DNA of 64,000 nt from Clostridia bacterium (GTDB lineage Bacteria > Bacillota > Clostridia > TANB77 > CAG-508). The stretch covers positions 5,486 through 69,485 of the forward strand of contig JAZSDU010000007.1 in NCBI GenBank assembly GCA_045531335.1, read 5' to 3'. The notes under the pieces were generated by a model. It was not told the DNA's origin. It did not search any database and was given only the letters and a program-made list of their open reading frames with translations. Each line of letters begins with the position of its first letter. Within the stretch, counting starts at the first letter, position 1. This document shows, piece by piece, positions 30,759-39,872 of this stretch. The position numbers and the translations under genes were made by a program.

Positions 30759-31285
30759 ATGGAATTATTAGATATAGTAGATGAAAACAACAATTTAACA
30801 GGAGAATTTGTTGATAGGGAAATAGTGCATTCAGAAGGCCTTTTACATAGAGAAGTAGGAGTAATAGTTTTAAATGAGAGTAATGAAATACTATTAGAAA
30901 AAAGAGCTTCTACAAAAAACAATCACCAAATAAATGGGCTCTTTGTGCGGGACATATAGAAGCTGGTGATGTGCCTAAAAATGCAATATTAAGAGAAGTA
31001 AAAGAAGAAATAGGTATAGATATAAAAGAGAAAGATTTACAATTCTTAGATGTTTTTAGAAGAGATAAAAAATTTAAAAATGGACAACATAACAATACAT
31101 ATATCTATATTTATATATATAAAACAAATAAAAAAGTAGAAGATTATACAATTCAAATAGAGGAATTGAGTGAAGTAAAATATTTTCCTATAAATGTAAT
31201 AGAAAAGGCACTAGAGGAAAAAAATTCAGATTATGCTTTTTATGATGAGCCATATATTAAAGAAATTTTAAATAAAATTAAATAA
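30759..31285 (+). CDS. NUDIX hydrolase, split by a -1 type frame change at an A6 run
   Basis: ORF 30759..30959 carries the N-terminus. The Nudix box GHIEAGDVPKNAILREVKEEIGI lies in the -1 frame, which is open from about 30920 to 31285. The junction is at ACA AAA AAC (30912..30920). Confidence 0.65.
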
Positions 31286-31298
31286 AGGAGAAATTATT

Positions 31299-32048
31299 AT
31301 GAGAAAAAAAGTAATCGCAGGAAATTGGAAAATGAACAAATTACCAAATGAGGCTATGGAATTTATTTCAGAATTAGCACCACTTGTAAAAGATAGCGAA
31401 AGTGAAGTAGTTATATGTGTTCCATATACAGACTTATTTTATAGCTTAATGCATGCACAAGATACAAATATAAAAATAGGTGCACAAAATATGAATGCAG
31501 AAGAAAAAGGTGCTTATACTGGAGAAGTTTCAGGAGAAATGCTTAAAGCAATAGGAGTAGAATATGTAATAATAGGACACTCAGAAAGAAGAGCATATTA
31601 TAATGAAACAGATGAAAGTGTTAATAAGAAACTAAAAAAAGCATTAGCATTAGAATTAAAACCAATAGTATGTGTTGGAGAAAGCTTAGAACAAAGAGAA
31701 AATGGAACAGCAAAAGAAGTAGTAACAACTCAAACAAGACTTGCTTTAGAAGGTTTATCAAATGAAGATGTAGTAAAAACAATAATTGCATATGAACCAA
31801 TTTGGGCAATTGGAACAGGAAAAACAGCTACAAAAGAAGATGCAAATGAAACAATTAAATGGGTTAGAGAAGAAATTGAAAAAATATATGGAAAAGATGT
31901 ATCAGATAATGTTATAATACAATACGGTGGAAGTGTAAAATCATCAAATGCAAAAGAATTATTTGAAATGTCAGACATAGACGGAGGCCTTGTAGGAGGA
32001 GCAAGTCTTGACGCACAAGAATTTGCAAAAATAGTAAATTACAAATAA
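31299..32048 (+). CDS. tpiA: Triose-phosphate isomerase
   Basis: 249 aa with AGNWKMN...IGHSERR...AYEPIWAIGTG. Confidence 0.95.
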   Translation: MRKKVIAGNWKMNKLPNEAMEFISELAPLVKDSESEVVICVPYTDLFYSLMHAQDTNIKIGAQNMNAEEKGAYTGEVSGEMLKAIGVEYVIIGHSERRAYYNETDESVNKKLKKALALELKPIVCVGESLEQRENGTAKEVVTTQTRLALEGLSNEDVVKTIIAYEPIWAIGTGKTATKEDANETIKWVREEIEKIYGKDVSDNVIIQYGGSVKSSNAKELFEMSDIDGGLVGGASLDAQEFAKIVNYK

Positions 32049-32049
32049 A

Positions 32050-32104
32050 CGTAGGGGCGTTGTCGGTAAGGAATACCTATGAGGAATACCAAACTGCGCC
32101 CAAA
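32050..32104 (+). repeat. Expanded-loop REP variant (55 nt), copy 1
   Basis: CGTAGGGGCGttgtcggtaaggaatacctatgaggaataccaaactgCGCCCAAAG. Near-identical to 33698..33751. Confidence 0.85.
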
Positions 32105-32162
32105 GAAGAAACATTTAAAAACAATCAAAATTTACTTAAGGAAGACGAGGAAAGATATAATT

Positions 32163-33689
32163 ATGGATAAAAATTTAACAATGCTTATGATATTAGACGG
32201 ATTTGGAGTAAATGAAAATGAAGAAGGAAATGCAGTAAAAATTGCAAACACACCTAATTTAGATAAAATAATGAAACAAAATCCTACAACACTTATAAAA
32301 ACAAGTGGATTAGATGTTGGATTACCAGAAGGACAAATGGGTAATTCAGAAGTAGGACATACTAATATAGGTGCAGGAAGAATTGTATATCAAGAATTAA
32401 CAAGAATAACTAAATCAATTGAAGATGGAGATTTCTTTAGTATTCCAGAATTAGTAGGTGCAATAGAAAATTGCAAGAAAAATAACTCTAAATTACATAT
32501 AATGGGGCTATTATCAGATGGAGGAGTTCATAGTCATATTAGACATCTATATGCTATTCTTGAACTTGCAAAAAGAAAAGATTTTGAAGATGTATATGTA
32601 CATTGTTTCTTAGACGGAAGAGATACACCACCAGCATCTGCAGAAGGATTTATAGTAGATTTAGAAAATAAAATGGAAGAAAAAGGTGTAGGTAAAATTG
32701 CAAGTATCATAGGTAGATTCTATGTAATGGATAGAGATAAACGCTGGGAAAGAGTAGTAAGAGCATATGATGCAATAGTAAAAGGAGAAGGTGTAAAAGC
32801 AAATTCAGCAGTAGCAGCAATTGAAGAATCATATCAAAAAGAAGTGTTTGATGAATTTGTAGAGCCAACATTAATTTGTAATAATGGTGAACCAATTGCA
32901 ACAATTTCAGAAAATGACTCAGTAATATTCTTTAATTATAGACCAGATAGAGCAAGAGAAATAACAAGAAGTTTAGTAGATAAAGAATTTGATGGATTTG
33001 AAAGAGAATATTTTCCTTTATACTATGTATGTTTTACAAATTATGATGAAACAATTGAAAATGTTAAAATAGCATTTAAAAAAGCAGAAATAACAAATAC
33101 ATTTGGAGAAATATTAGGAAAAAAGGGATTAACACAATTAAGAATAGCAGAAACAGAAAAATATGCACATGTTACATTTTTCTTTAATGGAGGAGAAGAA
33201 AAACAATATCCAGGTGAAGATAGAATTTTAATTCCATCTCCAAAAGTAGAAACATACGATATGCAACCAGAAATGAGTGCATATGAAGTAACAGAAAAAG
33301 TATTAGAAGCAATCAACTCTAAAAAATATGATTCAATAATATTAAATTATGCAAACCCAGATATGGTAGGACATACAGGGAATTTAGATGCAGCAGTAAA
33401 AGCATTAGAGGTAATAGATGAATGTGTTGGAAAAGTAGTAGAAGCAGTAGAAAATAATGGTGGCGTATTGTTAATTACAGCAGACCATGGTAATTCAGAA
33501 CAAATGATAGATTACAGCACAGGAGAACCACATACTGCACATACAACAAATGTAGTACCTTTAGTGTTAGTAGGAAAAGACGCTAAATTAAAAGAAGGAA
33601 GACTAGCTGACTTAATACCAACAATGTTAGAAATAATGGGGATAGAAAAACCACAAGAAATGACAGGAGAAAGCCTATTAGAAAAATAA
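32163..33689 (+). CDS. gpmI: 2,3-bisphosphoglycerate-independent phosphoglycerate mutase
   Basis: [15 protein letters not shown]...GNSEVGH... Start at the ATG at 32163. The track's upstream extension runs through a REP unit. Confidence 0.95.
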   Translation: MDKNLTMLMILDGFGVNENEEGNAVKIANTPNLDKIMKQNPTTLIKTSGLDVGLPEGQMGNSEVGHTNIGAGRIVYQELTRITKSIEDGDFFSIPELVGAIENCKKNNSKLHIMGLLSDGGVHSHIRHLYAILELAKRKDFEDVYVHCFLDGRDTPPASAEGFIVDLENKMEEKGVGKIASIIGRFYVMDRDKRWERVVRAYDAIVKGEGVKANSAVAAIEESYQKEVFDEFVEPTLICNNGEPIATISENDSVIFFNYRPDRAREITRSLVDKEFDGFEREYFPLYYVCFTNYDETIENVKIAFKKAEITNTFGEILGKKGLTQLRIAETEKYAHVTFFFNGGEEKQYPGEDRILIPSPKVETYDMQPEMSAYEVTEKVLEAINSKKYDSIILNYANPDMVGHTGNLDAAVKALEVIDECVGKVVEAVENNGGVLLITADHGNSEQMIDYSTGEPHTAHTTNVVPLVLVGKDAKLKEGRLADLIPTMLEIMGIEKPQEMTGESLLEK

Positions 33690-33697
33690 TTGCACAA

Positions 33698-33805
33698 TGT
33701 AGGGGCGTTGTCGGTAAGGAATACCTATGAGGAATACCCAACTGCGCCCATATGAACAAAGCACATTGCAAATATTGTAGGGGCGAGGTTCCACCCTCGC
33801 CCGAA
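33698..33805 (+). repeat. Expanded-loop REP variant copy 2 (33698..33751) plus a canonical REP unit (33775..33805)
   Basis: TGTAGGGGCGttgtcggtaaggaatacctatgaggaatacccaactgCGCCCAT ... TTGTAGGGGCGAGGttccaCCTCGCCCGAA. Confidence 0.85.
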
Positions 33806-33869
33806 TAAAACACGACATTAATTTTTAAAAATAAAAATATATGAAGCAAATTTGGAAAGGAGAATAAGC

Positions 33870-34562
33870 ATGATTTATTCAAAAGAAGTAGAAGAAATGT
33901 GTCCAGTTGCAAAAGGAGTGGACCATGGACCAGCACCAATACCAGAAGAAGGTAAATGGGTAAAATCAAAAGAAATTAAAGACATTTCAGGATTAACACA
34001 CGGAATAGGATGGTGTGCACCTCAACAAGGAGCTTGTAAATTAACATTAAACGTAAAAGAAGGTATAATACAAGAAGCACTAGTAGAAACAATAGGATGT
34101 AGTGGTATGACACACTCAGCAGCAATGGCTGGAGAAATATTAGTTGGAAAAACAATATTAGAAGCATTAAATACAGACTTAGTATGTGATGCTATAAACA
34201 CAGCAATGAGAGAATTATTCTTACAAATAGTATATGGAAGAACACAATCTGCATTTTCAGAAGGAGGGCTTCCAGTAGGGGCAGGACTTGAAGATTTAGG
34301 AAAAGGAACAAGAAGCCAAGTTGGAACAATTTATTCTACATTATCAAAAGGGCCAAGTTACTTAGAACTTGCTGAAGGATACATAACAGAAATAGGATTA
34401 GACAAAGATAATGAAATAATAGGATATAAATACGTAAACTTAGGAAAAATGATGGAAAACATCAAAAAAGGATTAGAACCTTTAGAAGCAATAGAAAAAG
34501 CAAGTGGTCAATATGGAAGATTTGATGATGCAGTTAAGACTATTGACCCAAGAAAGGAGTAA
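33870..34562 (+). CDS. NifU/IscU-like iron-sulfur scaffold-like protein (partner of the GGGtGRT protein)
   Basis: GWCAPQQGACKLTLNVKEGIIQEALVETIGCSGMTHSAAM. ATG at 33870 after RBS aaaggaga. Confidence 0.6.
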   Translation: MIYSKEVEEMCPVAKGVDHGPAPIPEEGKWVKSKEIKDISGLTHGIGWCAPQQGACKLTLNVKEGIIQEALVETIGCSGMTHSAAMAGEILVGKTILEALNTDLVCDAINTAMRELFLQIVYGRTQSAFSEGGLPVGAGLEDLGKGTRSQVGTIYSTLSKGPSYLELAEGYITEIGLDKDNEIIGYKYVNLGKMMENIKKGLEPLEAIEKASGQYGRFDDAVKTIDPRKE

Positions 34563-34566
34563 TAAG

Positions 34567-35565
34567 ATGGCACTATTTGAAAGTTATGAAAGAAGAATTG
34601 AGCAAATCAAACCAGTAATGGAAAAATACGGAATAAAAGATTTCGAAGATGCATTAGCAATTTGTAAAGAAAAAGGATTTAATCCTTATGATATAACAAA
34701 AGAAATACAACCAATATGTTTTGAAAATGCATGTTGGGCATATACATTAGGTGCAGCAATAGCAATTAAAAAAGGTTGCACAAAAGCAGCAGATGCAGCA
34801 AAAGCAATTGGAGAAGGACTTCAAGCTTTTTGTATACCAGGATCAGTTGCGGATGATAGAAAAGTTGGGTTAGGACATGGAAACCTAGCATCAATGCTTT
34901 TAACAGAAGAAACAAAATGTTTTGCATTCTTAGCAGGACATGAATCTTTCGCTGCAGCAGAAGGAGCAATTGGTATTGCAAAATCTGCAAACAAAGTAAG
35001 AAAAGAACCATTAAGAGTAATATTAAATGGTTTAGGAAAAGATGCAGCACAAGTAATATCTAGAATAAATGGATTTACATATGTTCAAACAGATTTTGAT
35101 TTCTTCACAGGAAAAGTAAATGTTGTAAAAGAAAAAGCTTATTCAGATGGAGAAAGATCAAAAGTTAGATGTTATGGAGCAAATGATGTTAGAGAAGGTG
35201 TAGCTATAATGCACTTAGAAGGTGTAGACGTATCAATCACAGGTAACTCTACAAACCCTACAAGATTCCAACATCCAGTTGCAGGTACATACAAAAAAGA
35301 ATGTATAGAATTAGGTAAAAAATATTTCTCAGTAGCATCAGGTGGAGGAACAGGAAGAACACTTCACCCAGATAATATGGCAGCAGGACCAGCTTCTTAT
35401 GGAATGACAGATACAATGGGAAGAATGCACTCAGATGCACAATTCGCAGGAAGTTCATCAGTTCCAGCCCATGTAGAAATGATGGGATTAATAGGAATGG
35501 GTAACAATCCAATGGTTGGTGCAACAGTTGCAGTAGCAGTTGCTGTAGAAGAAGCAATGAAATAA
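34567..35565 (+). CDS. GGGtGRT family protein
   Basis: Contains the signature ASGGGTGRTLHPDNMAAGPASYGMTDTMGRMH. Confidence 0.8.
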   Translation: MALFESYERRIEQIKPVMEKYGIKDFEDALAICKEKGFNPYDITKEIQPICFENACWAYTLGAAIAIKKGCTKAADAAKAIGEGLQAFCIPGSVADDRKVGLGHGNLASMLLTEETKCFAFLAGHESFAAAEGAIGIAKSANKVRKEPLRVILNGLGKDAAQVISRINGFTYVQTDFDFFTGKVNVVKEKAYSDGERSKVRCYGANDVREGVAIMHLEGVDVSITGNSTNPTRFQHPVAGTYKKECIELGKKYFSVASGGGTGRTLHPDNMAAGPASYGMTDTMGRMHSDAQFAGSSSVPAHVEMMGLIGMGNNPMVGATVAVAVAVEEAMK

Positions 35566-35603
35566 TATAAAATATAAAATATTAAATTAAAAATTATTAA
35601 TGT

Positions 35604-35638
35604 AAGGGCAGATTTCCATATCTGCCCTTTAAAATTTT
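35604..35638 (+). terminator. Intrinsic terminator
   Basis: AAGGGCAGA / TCTGCCCTT stem followed by a T-rich tail. Confidence 0.7.
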
Positions 35639-35803
35639 CCTTTTTAGGACGGACTTGATTTGGTCAAAAAAAATTAATTTTCATAAAAAGGACTAAATCA
35701 AGTCCGTCCAAAAAAAGAAAAAAATTTAAAATAATGGTTCAATAAAAATCCTTTAAAAAACAAATAATATAAATATATTATTTGAAAAAGGAGGATTTAT
35801 ATA

Positions 35804-36175
35804 ATGGAAAATTTTGAAAATGACGAAATTAAAAAGGAAAGACAGTTAGATAATTTAGTAAATCTTGTTGAAAACCATACAAGGAGCGAAAGACATTTAG
35901 AACAATATTCTCATATAGGAGATTCAGACAATAAACAACATGCTAGAAAAGTGCAAGATATAAGAGAAAATGAAATTGATAATTTAAAAAGTCATATAAT
36001 AAGTGAAAAAGAAACACCTAAGGAACAATTAGAAAACTTAAAAGATAACTATGTAAGCTCACAAGCTTATATGAACAAAAATAAAAACAACATGAATAAA
36101 GAACAATTAGAAAATTTAGAAAAAAGGCAAGAACACAGAAAAGAGCAAATTGAGAACTTAGAAGACTATAGTTAG
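35804..36175 (+). CDS. Hypothetical coiled-coil protein (possibly Tlp-like spore protein)
   Basis: 123-aa Glu/Lys/Asn-rich ORF with repeated QLENL motifs. Weak resemblance only. Confidence 0.4.
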   Translation: MENFENDEIKKERQLDNLVNLVENHTRSERHLEQYSHIGDSDNKQHARKVQDIRENEIDNLKSHIISEKETPKEQLENLKDNYVSSQAYMNKNKNNMNKEQLENLEKRQEHRKEQIENLEDYS

Positions 36176-36288
36176 TAATCTAAGAAAAGAGGGAAAAAGG
36201 GGACAGGTACCTTTTTCCCTCTTGATTTATTATATAGAAAATGTTATCATATTTATGTTAAAAGTAGTAATGTTGAAAGGAATAATAG

Positions 36289-37014
36289 ATGTTAGAACTA
36301 AAAAATATAAGTTTTACAAGAGATAATAAAAAAATATTAGATGATATAAATTTAAAACTAGATGATGATAAATTTGTAGTAATAACAGGTCCAAATGGTT
36401 CTGGAAAATCTACACTTGCTAAAATCATAATGGGAATTCAAAATCAAGATAAAGGACAAGTTATACTAGAGGGAAAAGATATTTCTAAAAAATCTATAGA
36501 TAAAAGGGCAAAACTTGGAATAGGATTTGCTTTCCAACAACCTGTTAAATTTAAAGGAATTACAGTTTATGATTTATTAAAACTATCAGCTGAAAAAGAA
36601 ATAAATAGAAAAGAAGCATGTGACATACTTTCAAAAGTAGGACTATGTGCGAAAGACTATGTTGATAGAGAGGTAAATGCTTCGTTATCAGGTGGAGAAT
36701 TAAAAAGAATAGAAATTGCAACAGTTGCTGTAAGAAATGCAAAACTTACAATTTTTGATGAGCCAGAAGCTGGTATTGACATTTGGAGCTTTAACAACTT
36801 AATAAGAGTTTTTGAAAATATGAGAAAAGTTGTAAAAGGAACAATACTTATAATTTCTCACCAAGAAAGAATTTTAAATATTGCAGATGAAATAATATTA
36901 TTAAACAACGGAAAAATAGAAAAAATGGGCAAAAAAGAAGAAATTATGGGTGATATATTAAAACAAGAAACAGCAGGTTTTTGTGCTAAGTTAGGAGGAG
37001 AAAATAATGAATAA
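36289..37014 (+). CDS. sufC: SufC-like Fe-S cluster assembly ABC ATPase
   Basis: Walker A GPNGSGKST, signature LSGGELKR, Walker B IFDEPEAG. Confidence 0.8.
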   Translation: MLELKNISFTRDNKKILDDINLKLDDDKFVVITGPNGSGKSTLAKIIMGIQNQDKGQVILEGKDISKKSIDKRAKLGIGFAFQQPVKFKGITVYDLLKLSAEKEINRKEACDILSKVGLCAKDYVDREVNASLSGGELKRIEIATVAVRNAKLTIFDEPEAGIDIWSFNNLIRVFENMRKVVKGTILIISHQERILNIADEIILLNNGKIEKMGKKEEIMGDILKQETAGFCAKLGGENNE

Positions 37015-37924
37015 TATCGAGTTAGAATTATTAAAACAAATAGCAGATATTAATGAAACTCCTAATGGTGCATATAATATTAGAAAAAATGGACAAGGTA
37101 TAGAAAGAAAAATTACAGAAAACGTAAATATAGTAACAAAAGAAGATAAACAAGGAATAGATGTTTTTGTAAAAGAAAACACTAAATGCGAATTTATACA
37201 TATTCCAGTTATAATAACAGAAAGTGGCTTAAGTGACACAGTATATAATGACTTCTATATTGGTAAAAATGCAGATGTAGTAATAATCGCGGGTTGTGGA
37301 ATTCATAATGACCACCACAAAGATTCACAGCATGATGGAATACATAGATTCTTTTTAGAAGAAGGAGCAAAAGTAAAATATATTGAAAAGCATTATGGAG
37401 AAGGAAAAGGAACAGGAAAGAAAGTTCTAAATCCAGTAACAGAAGTAACATTAAAAAAAGGTAGCTTTCTAGAAATGGAATCTGTTCAAATTAAAGGTGT
37501 GGATTCTACAATAAGAGTAACAAAAGGTATTTTAGAAGAAGATACAAATTTAATTGTTTCAGAAAAAATAATGACACATGGAAATCAATTTGCAAAAACA
37601 GAATTTGAAGTAGAACTAAATGGAGAAAATGCAAGCACACATGTTACATCAAGGTCAGTAGCAGTAGATAAATCAGTTCAAGAATTTAAATCAAAAATAA
37701 CAGGAAATACAAAATGTTTTGGGCATGTAGAATGTGATGCAATTATAAAAGATAAAGCAAAAGTAATTGCAATTCCAGAAATAGTAGCAAATGACGTGGA
37801 AGCAAACTTAATACATGAAGCCGCAATAGGAAAAATAGCAGGAGAACAATTAACAAAATTAATGACATTAGGATTAAACGAAAAAGAAGCAGAAGAACAA
37901 ATAATAAAAGGATTTTTAAAATAA
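37007..37924 (+). CDS. SufB/SufD family protein
   Basis: 305-aa beta-helix-like ORF overlapping sufC by 8 nt. C-terminus is EAAIGKIAGEQLTKLMTLGLNEKEAEEQIIKGFL. Confidence 0.75.
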   Translation: MNNIELELLKQIADINETPNGAYNIRKNGQGIERKITENVNIVTKEDKQGIDVFVKENTKCEFIHIPVIITESGLSDTVYNDFYIGKNADVVIIAGCGIHNDHHKDSQHDGIHRFFLEEGAKVKYIEKHYGEGKGTGKKVLNPVTEVTLKKGSFLEMESVQIKGVDSTIRVTKGILEEDTNLIVSEKIMTHGNQFAKTEFEVELNGENASTHVTSRSVAVDKSVQEFKSKITGNTKCFGHVECDAIIKDKAKVIAIPEIVANDVEANLIHEAAIGKIAGEQLTKLMTLGLNEKEAEEQIIKGFLK

Positions 37925-37940
37925 AATCCTTTTTCCATAT

Positions 37941-37956
37941 TGGGGTGTCGCCAAGC
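37941..37956 (+). repeat. Orphan duplicate of the first 16 nt of tRNA-Gln
   Basis: TGGGGTGTCGCCAAGC is identical to 38061..38076 and is followed by unrelated hairpin-rich sequence. Confidence 0.8.
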
Positions 37957-38060
37957 TGCTGAGGTTGTTCGAACGAATGTGAGTTACAACCTCAGTATGC
38001 AGGGAGCGAAGCGAGTCGCAGGTAAGACTAACTTATTTGTGACTATAAAATTAAATATAA

Positions 38061-38136
38061 TGGGGTGTCGCCAAGCGGTAAGGCATCGGACTCTGACTCC
38101 GACATTTCGTAGGTTCGAATCCTACCACCCCAGCCA
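38061..38136 (+). tRNA. tRNA-Gln (anticodon CUG)
   Basis: Manual fold: acceptor UGGGGUG/CACCCCA with U1:A72, D arm GCCAAGCGGUAAGGC, anticodon stem UCGGA/UCCGA with loop CUCUGAC, T arm GUAGG-UUCGAAU-CCUAC, 3' GCCA. Confidence 0.88.
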
Positions 38137-38143
38137 AAGATAA

Positions 38144-38168
38144 AAGCCATCTAAAGATGGCTTTTTTG
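38144..38168 (+). terminator. Intrinsic terminator after tRNA-Gln
   Basis: AAGCCATC taaa GATGGCTT plus TTTTT. Confidence 0.75.
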
Positions 38169-38282
38169 TTTCGAATTAAAAGGGAGGATTCGAAAAGGAA
38201 GTTGCCAAGTTTCGCGCAGGTTAAGGCCTGCCGAAACGCAGGTAAAAAATGTCCAGTGGACATTTTTTCTGACGCGGCTTGC

Positions 38283-38305
38283 CGAATCCTACCACCCCAG
38301 CCAAA
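38283..38305 (+). repeat. Orphan duplicate of the 3' end of tRNA-Gln (att-like)
   Basis: CGAATCCTACCACCCCAGCCAAA is identical to 38116..38138. Confidence 0.8.
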
Positions 38306-38535
38306 CTTGCCGTTGGCAAGAATTAAGAATGAAAAGTGAAGAGTAAAAAATAGTATAAAGCAAAGTCGGGGAAGTGAATTCAAAGGCAAGTTTGTATTAT
38401 TCACTCTTCATTATTCACTATTAACTAAGTAATATTTTATTCATATATACTAAGAAGTGCAGGATATATAATTATTAAAATAAAGAAAAGAACTAAATGT
38501 TAAAATACATTTAGTTCTTTTCTTTTTAGGACAAA

Positions 38536-38877
38536 TTATTCTGCCATCTTCAGGAAGAAAAGATCTTCGGGGTCAACTGGCATAAGGTCATAAGCAATAC
38601 CTGAAGCCGAAATCAAGATAATTGGTTTCCATTCTGTATTGAGTGCACAGAGGTCAACAACCAATCTTGTTTCAGGATAAGCTTCAGTTGCTTCCCAAGT
38701 TAAAACAAGAGTCCCTTGTTTTCTGCCTTCTTTGCTGGATACACCATCACTGTGTTGTAAATTTTCAACAGCATTGAAATGCAAGAAAATCCAGCTTTCT
38801 TTTATCCGCTCTCCCATTTCAGCAAGAACAGCTAAAGGGCATTTGTCCTTTGGCACAATTGTAATTTCTTTTTTCAT
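38536..38877 (-). CDS. Hypothetical protein, GC-richer than its surroundings, probably acquired
   Basis: RBS AAGGAGG then ATG at 38877 (MKKEITIVPKDK...). Contains the only in-frame CGG_A (38808..38805) in the window that needs no frame change. Confidence 0.5.
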   Translation of the reverse strand: MKKEITIVPKDKCPLAVLAEMGERIKESWIFLHFNAVENLQHSDGVSSKEGRKQGTLVLTWEATEAYPETRLVVDLCALNTEWKPIILISASGIAYDLMPVDPEDLFFLKMAE

Positions 38878-39139
38878 AAAAGTCCTCCTTAAAATAGTTT
38901 GTAGTGCCGATAAATATGAGGAAATTCTCATATAATACATATTATATCATGTTTCACATAAAATGTCTATTTTGTATAAAAAACTAAATGTTGCTACCCA
39001 TTTAGTTCAGTGTTATTCAAATGATCTCAAATTGAGTAACTTAAGTTAAAAATAGTATACTATATTTTTGATCGTATGTTAAATAAAAAATTATATACAC
39101 AATTTCAATTATATGCTACAATAATTAAGAGGTAGGGCT

Positions 39140-39664
39140 ATGGATAAACAAATTTTAAGAAACAAATATAAAGAAATTAGAAAAAATATATCAAATAAAG
39201 AAGAACAAGATAATATAATTTTTAATAAAGTTATTAATTTAGAAGAATATAAACAAAGTAATTTGATTTTAACATATGTGTCTTTAAAAGACGAAGTGGA
39301 TACTATTAAATTAATTAAACATAGTTTGGAAAGTGGAAAAAAGGTAGCGGTTCCAAAATGTGAAGGAAATGATATAGTTTTTTATAAAATAAGCAGTTTA
39401 GAAGATTTACAAGAAGGAAGTTTTCAAATATTAGAGCCTAAAACAAATGAAATTGTAAAAGATTTTGATAATAGTATTTGTATTATACCAGGACTTGCAT
39501 TTGACAAACAAAACAATAGAATAGGTTATGGCAGAGGATTTTATGATAGATTTTTAGAAAATTATTTTGGAATAAAAATAGGTTTAACATATAGAGAATG
39601 TATATGTGATAAAATAGATAGTGAGATTAATGATATAAAAATGGACAGAATAATTATAAATTGA
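39140..39664 (+). CDS. 5-formyltetrahydrofolate cyclo-ligase
   Basis: 174 aa with ...PGLAFDKQNNRIGYGRGFYDRFL. Confidence 0.85.
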   Translation: MDKQILRNKYKEIRKNISNKEEQDNIIFNKVINLEEYKQSNLILTYVSLKDEVDTIKLIKHSLESGKKVAVPKCEGNDIVFYKISSLEDLQEGSFQILEPKTNEIVKDFDNSICIIPGLAFDKQNNRIGYGRGFYDRFLENYFGIKIGLTYRECICDKIDSEINDIKMDRIIIN

Positions 39665-39692
39665 ATTCGTGCGACAGAATCAATTGCAAACG

Positions 39693-39794
39693 TTGTAGGG
39701 GCCGCAGTCTTCGGCGGCCCGAAAAATAATAATTGCGGGTCGCCCAGAATGCTAGCCCTGTTGGAGCTTTGCTCCTTACAGGAGCTGTATGCAT
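39693..39794. repeat. REP-like pair: forward unit 39693..39723, inverted unit 39734..39794 carrying a ~58-nt nested insert in its loop
   Basis: TTGTAGGGGCCGCagtcttcGGCGGCCCGAA ... TGCGGGTCGC[ccagaatgctagccctgttggagctttgctccttacaggagctgtatgcattagcagt]GCGACCCCTACAGA. Confidence 0.8.
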
Positions 39795-39872
39795 TAGCAG
39801 TGCGACCCCTACAGATTTCAAAATTAGTTTTTTTACGTAAATTACAATTTGTTTAACATAGGAGGAAACAAA

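Noticed and set aside
31095-31125. TA-rich microsatellite-like run (atatatctatatttatatatata) inside the NUDIX gene as a phase-variation tract
   Set aside because: It is imperfect, stays in frame (YIYIYIYK) and is not at the frame break. It is probably just AT-rich coding sequence.
32079-32162. N-terminal extension of gpmI ([12 protein letters not shown]...)
   Set aside because: The extension is read through a REP unit and lacks homology. The conserved start [15 protein letters not shown] at 32163 has its own RBS.
37940-38404. ORFs 37940..38143 (+), 38157..38339 (+) and 38051..38404 (-)
   Set aside because: They overlap the tRNA-Gln gene, its terminator and hairpin-rich non-coding repeats. 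They have no RBS and implausible composition.
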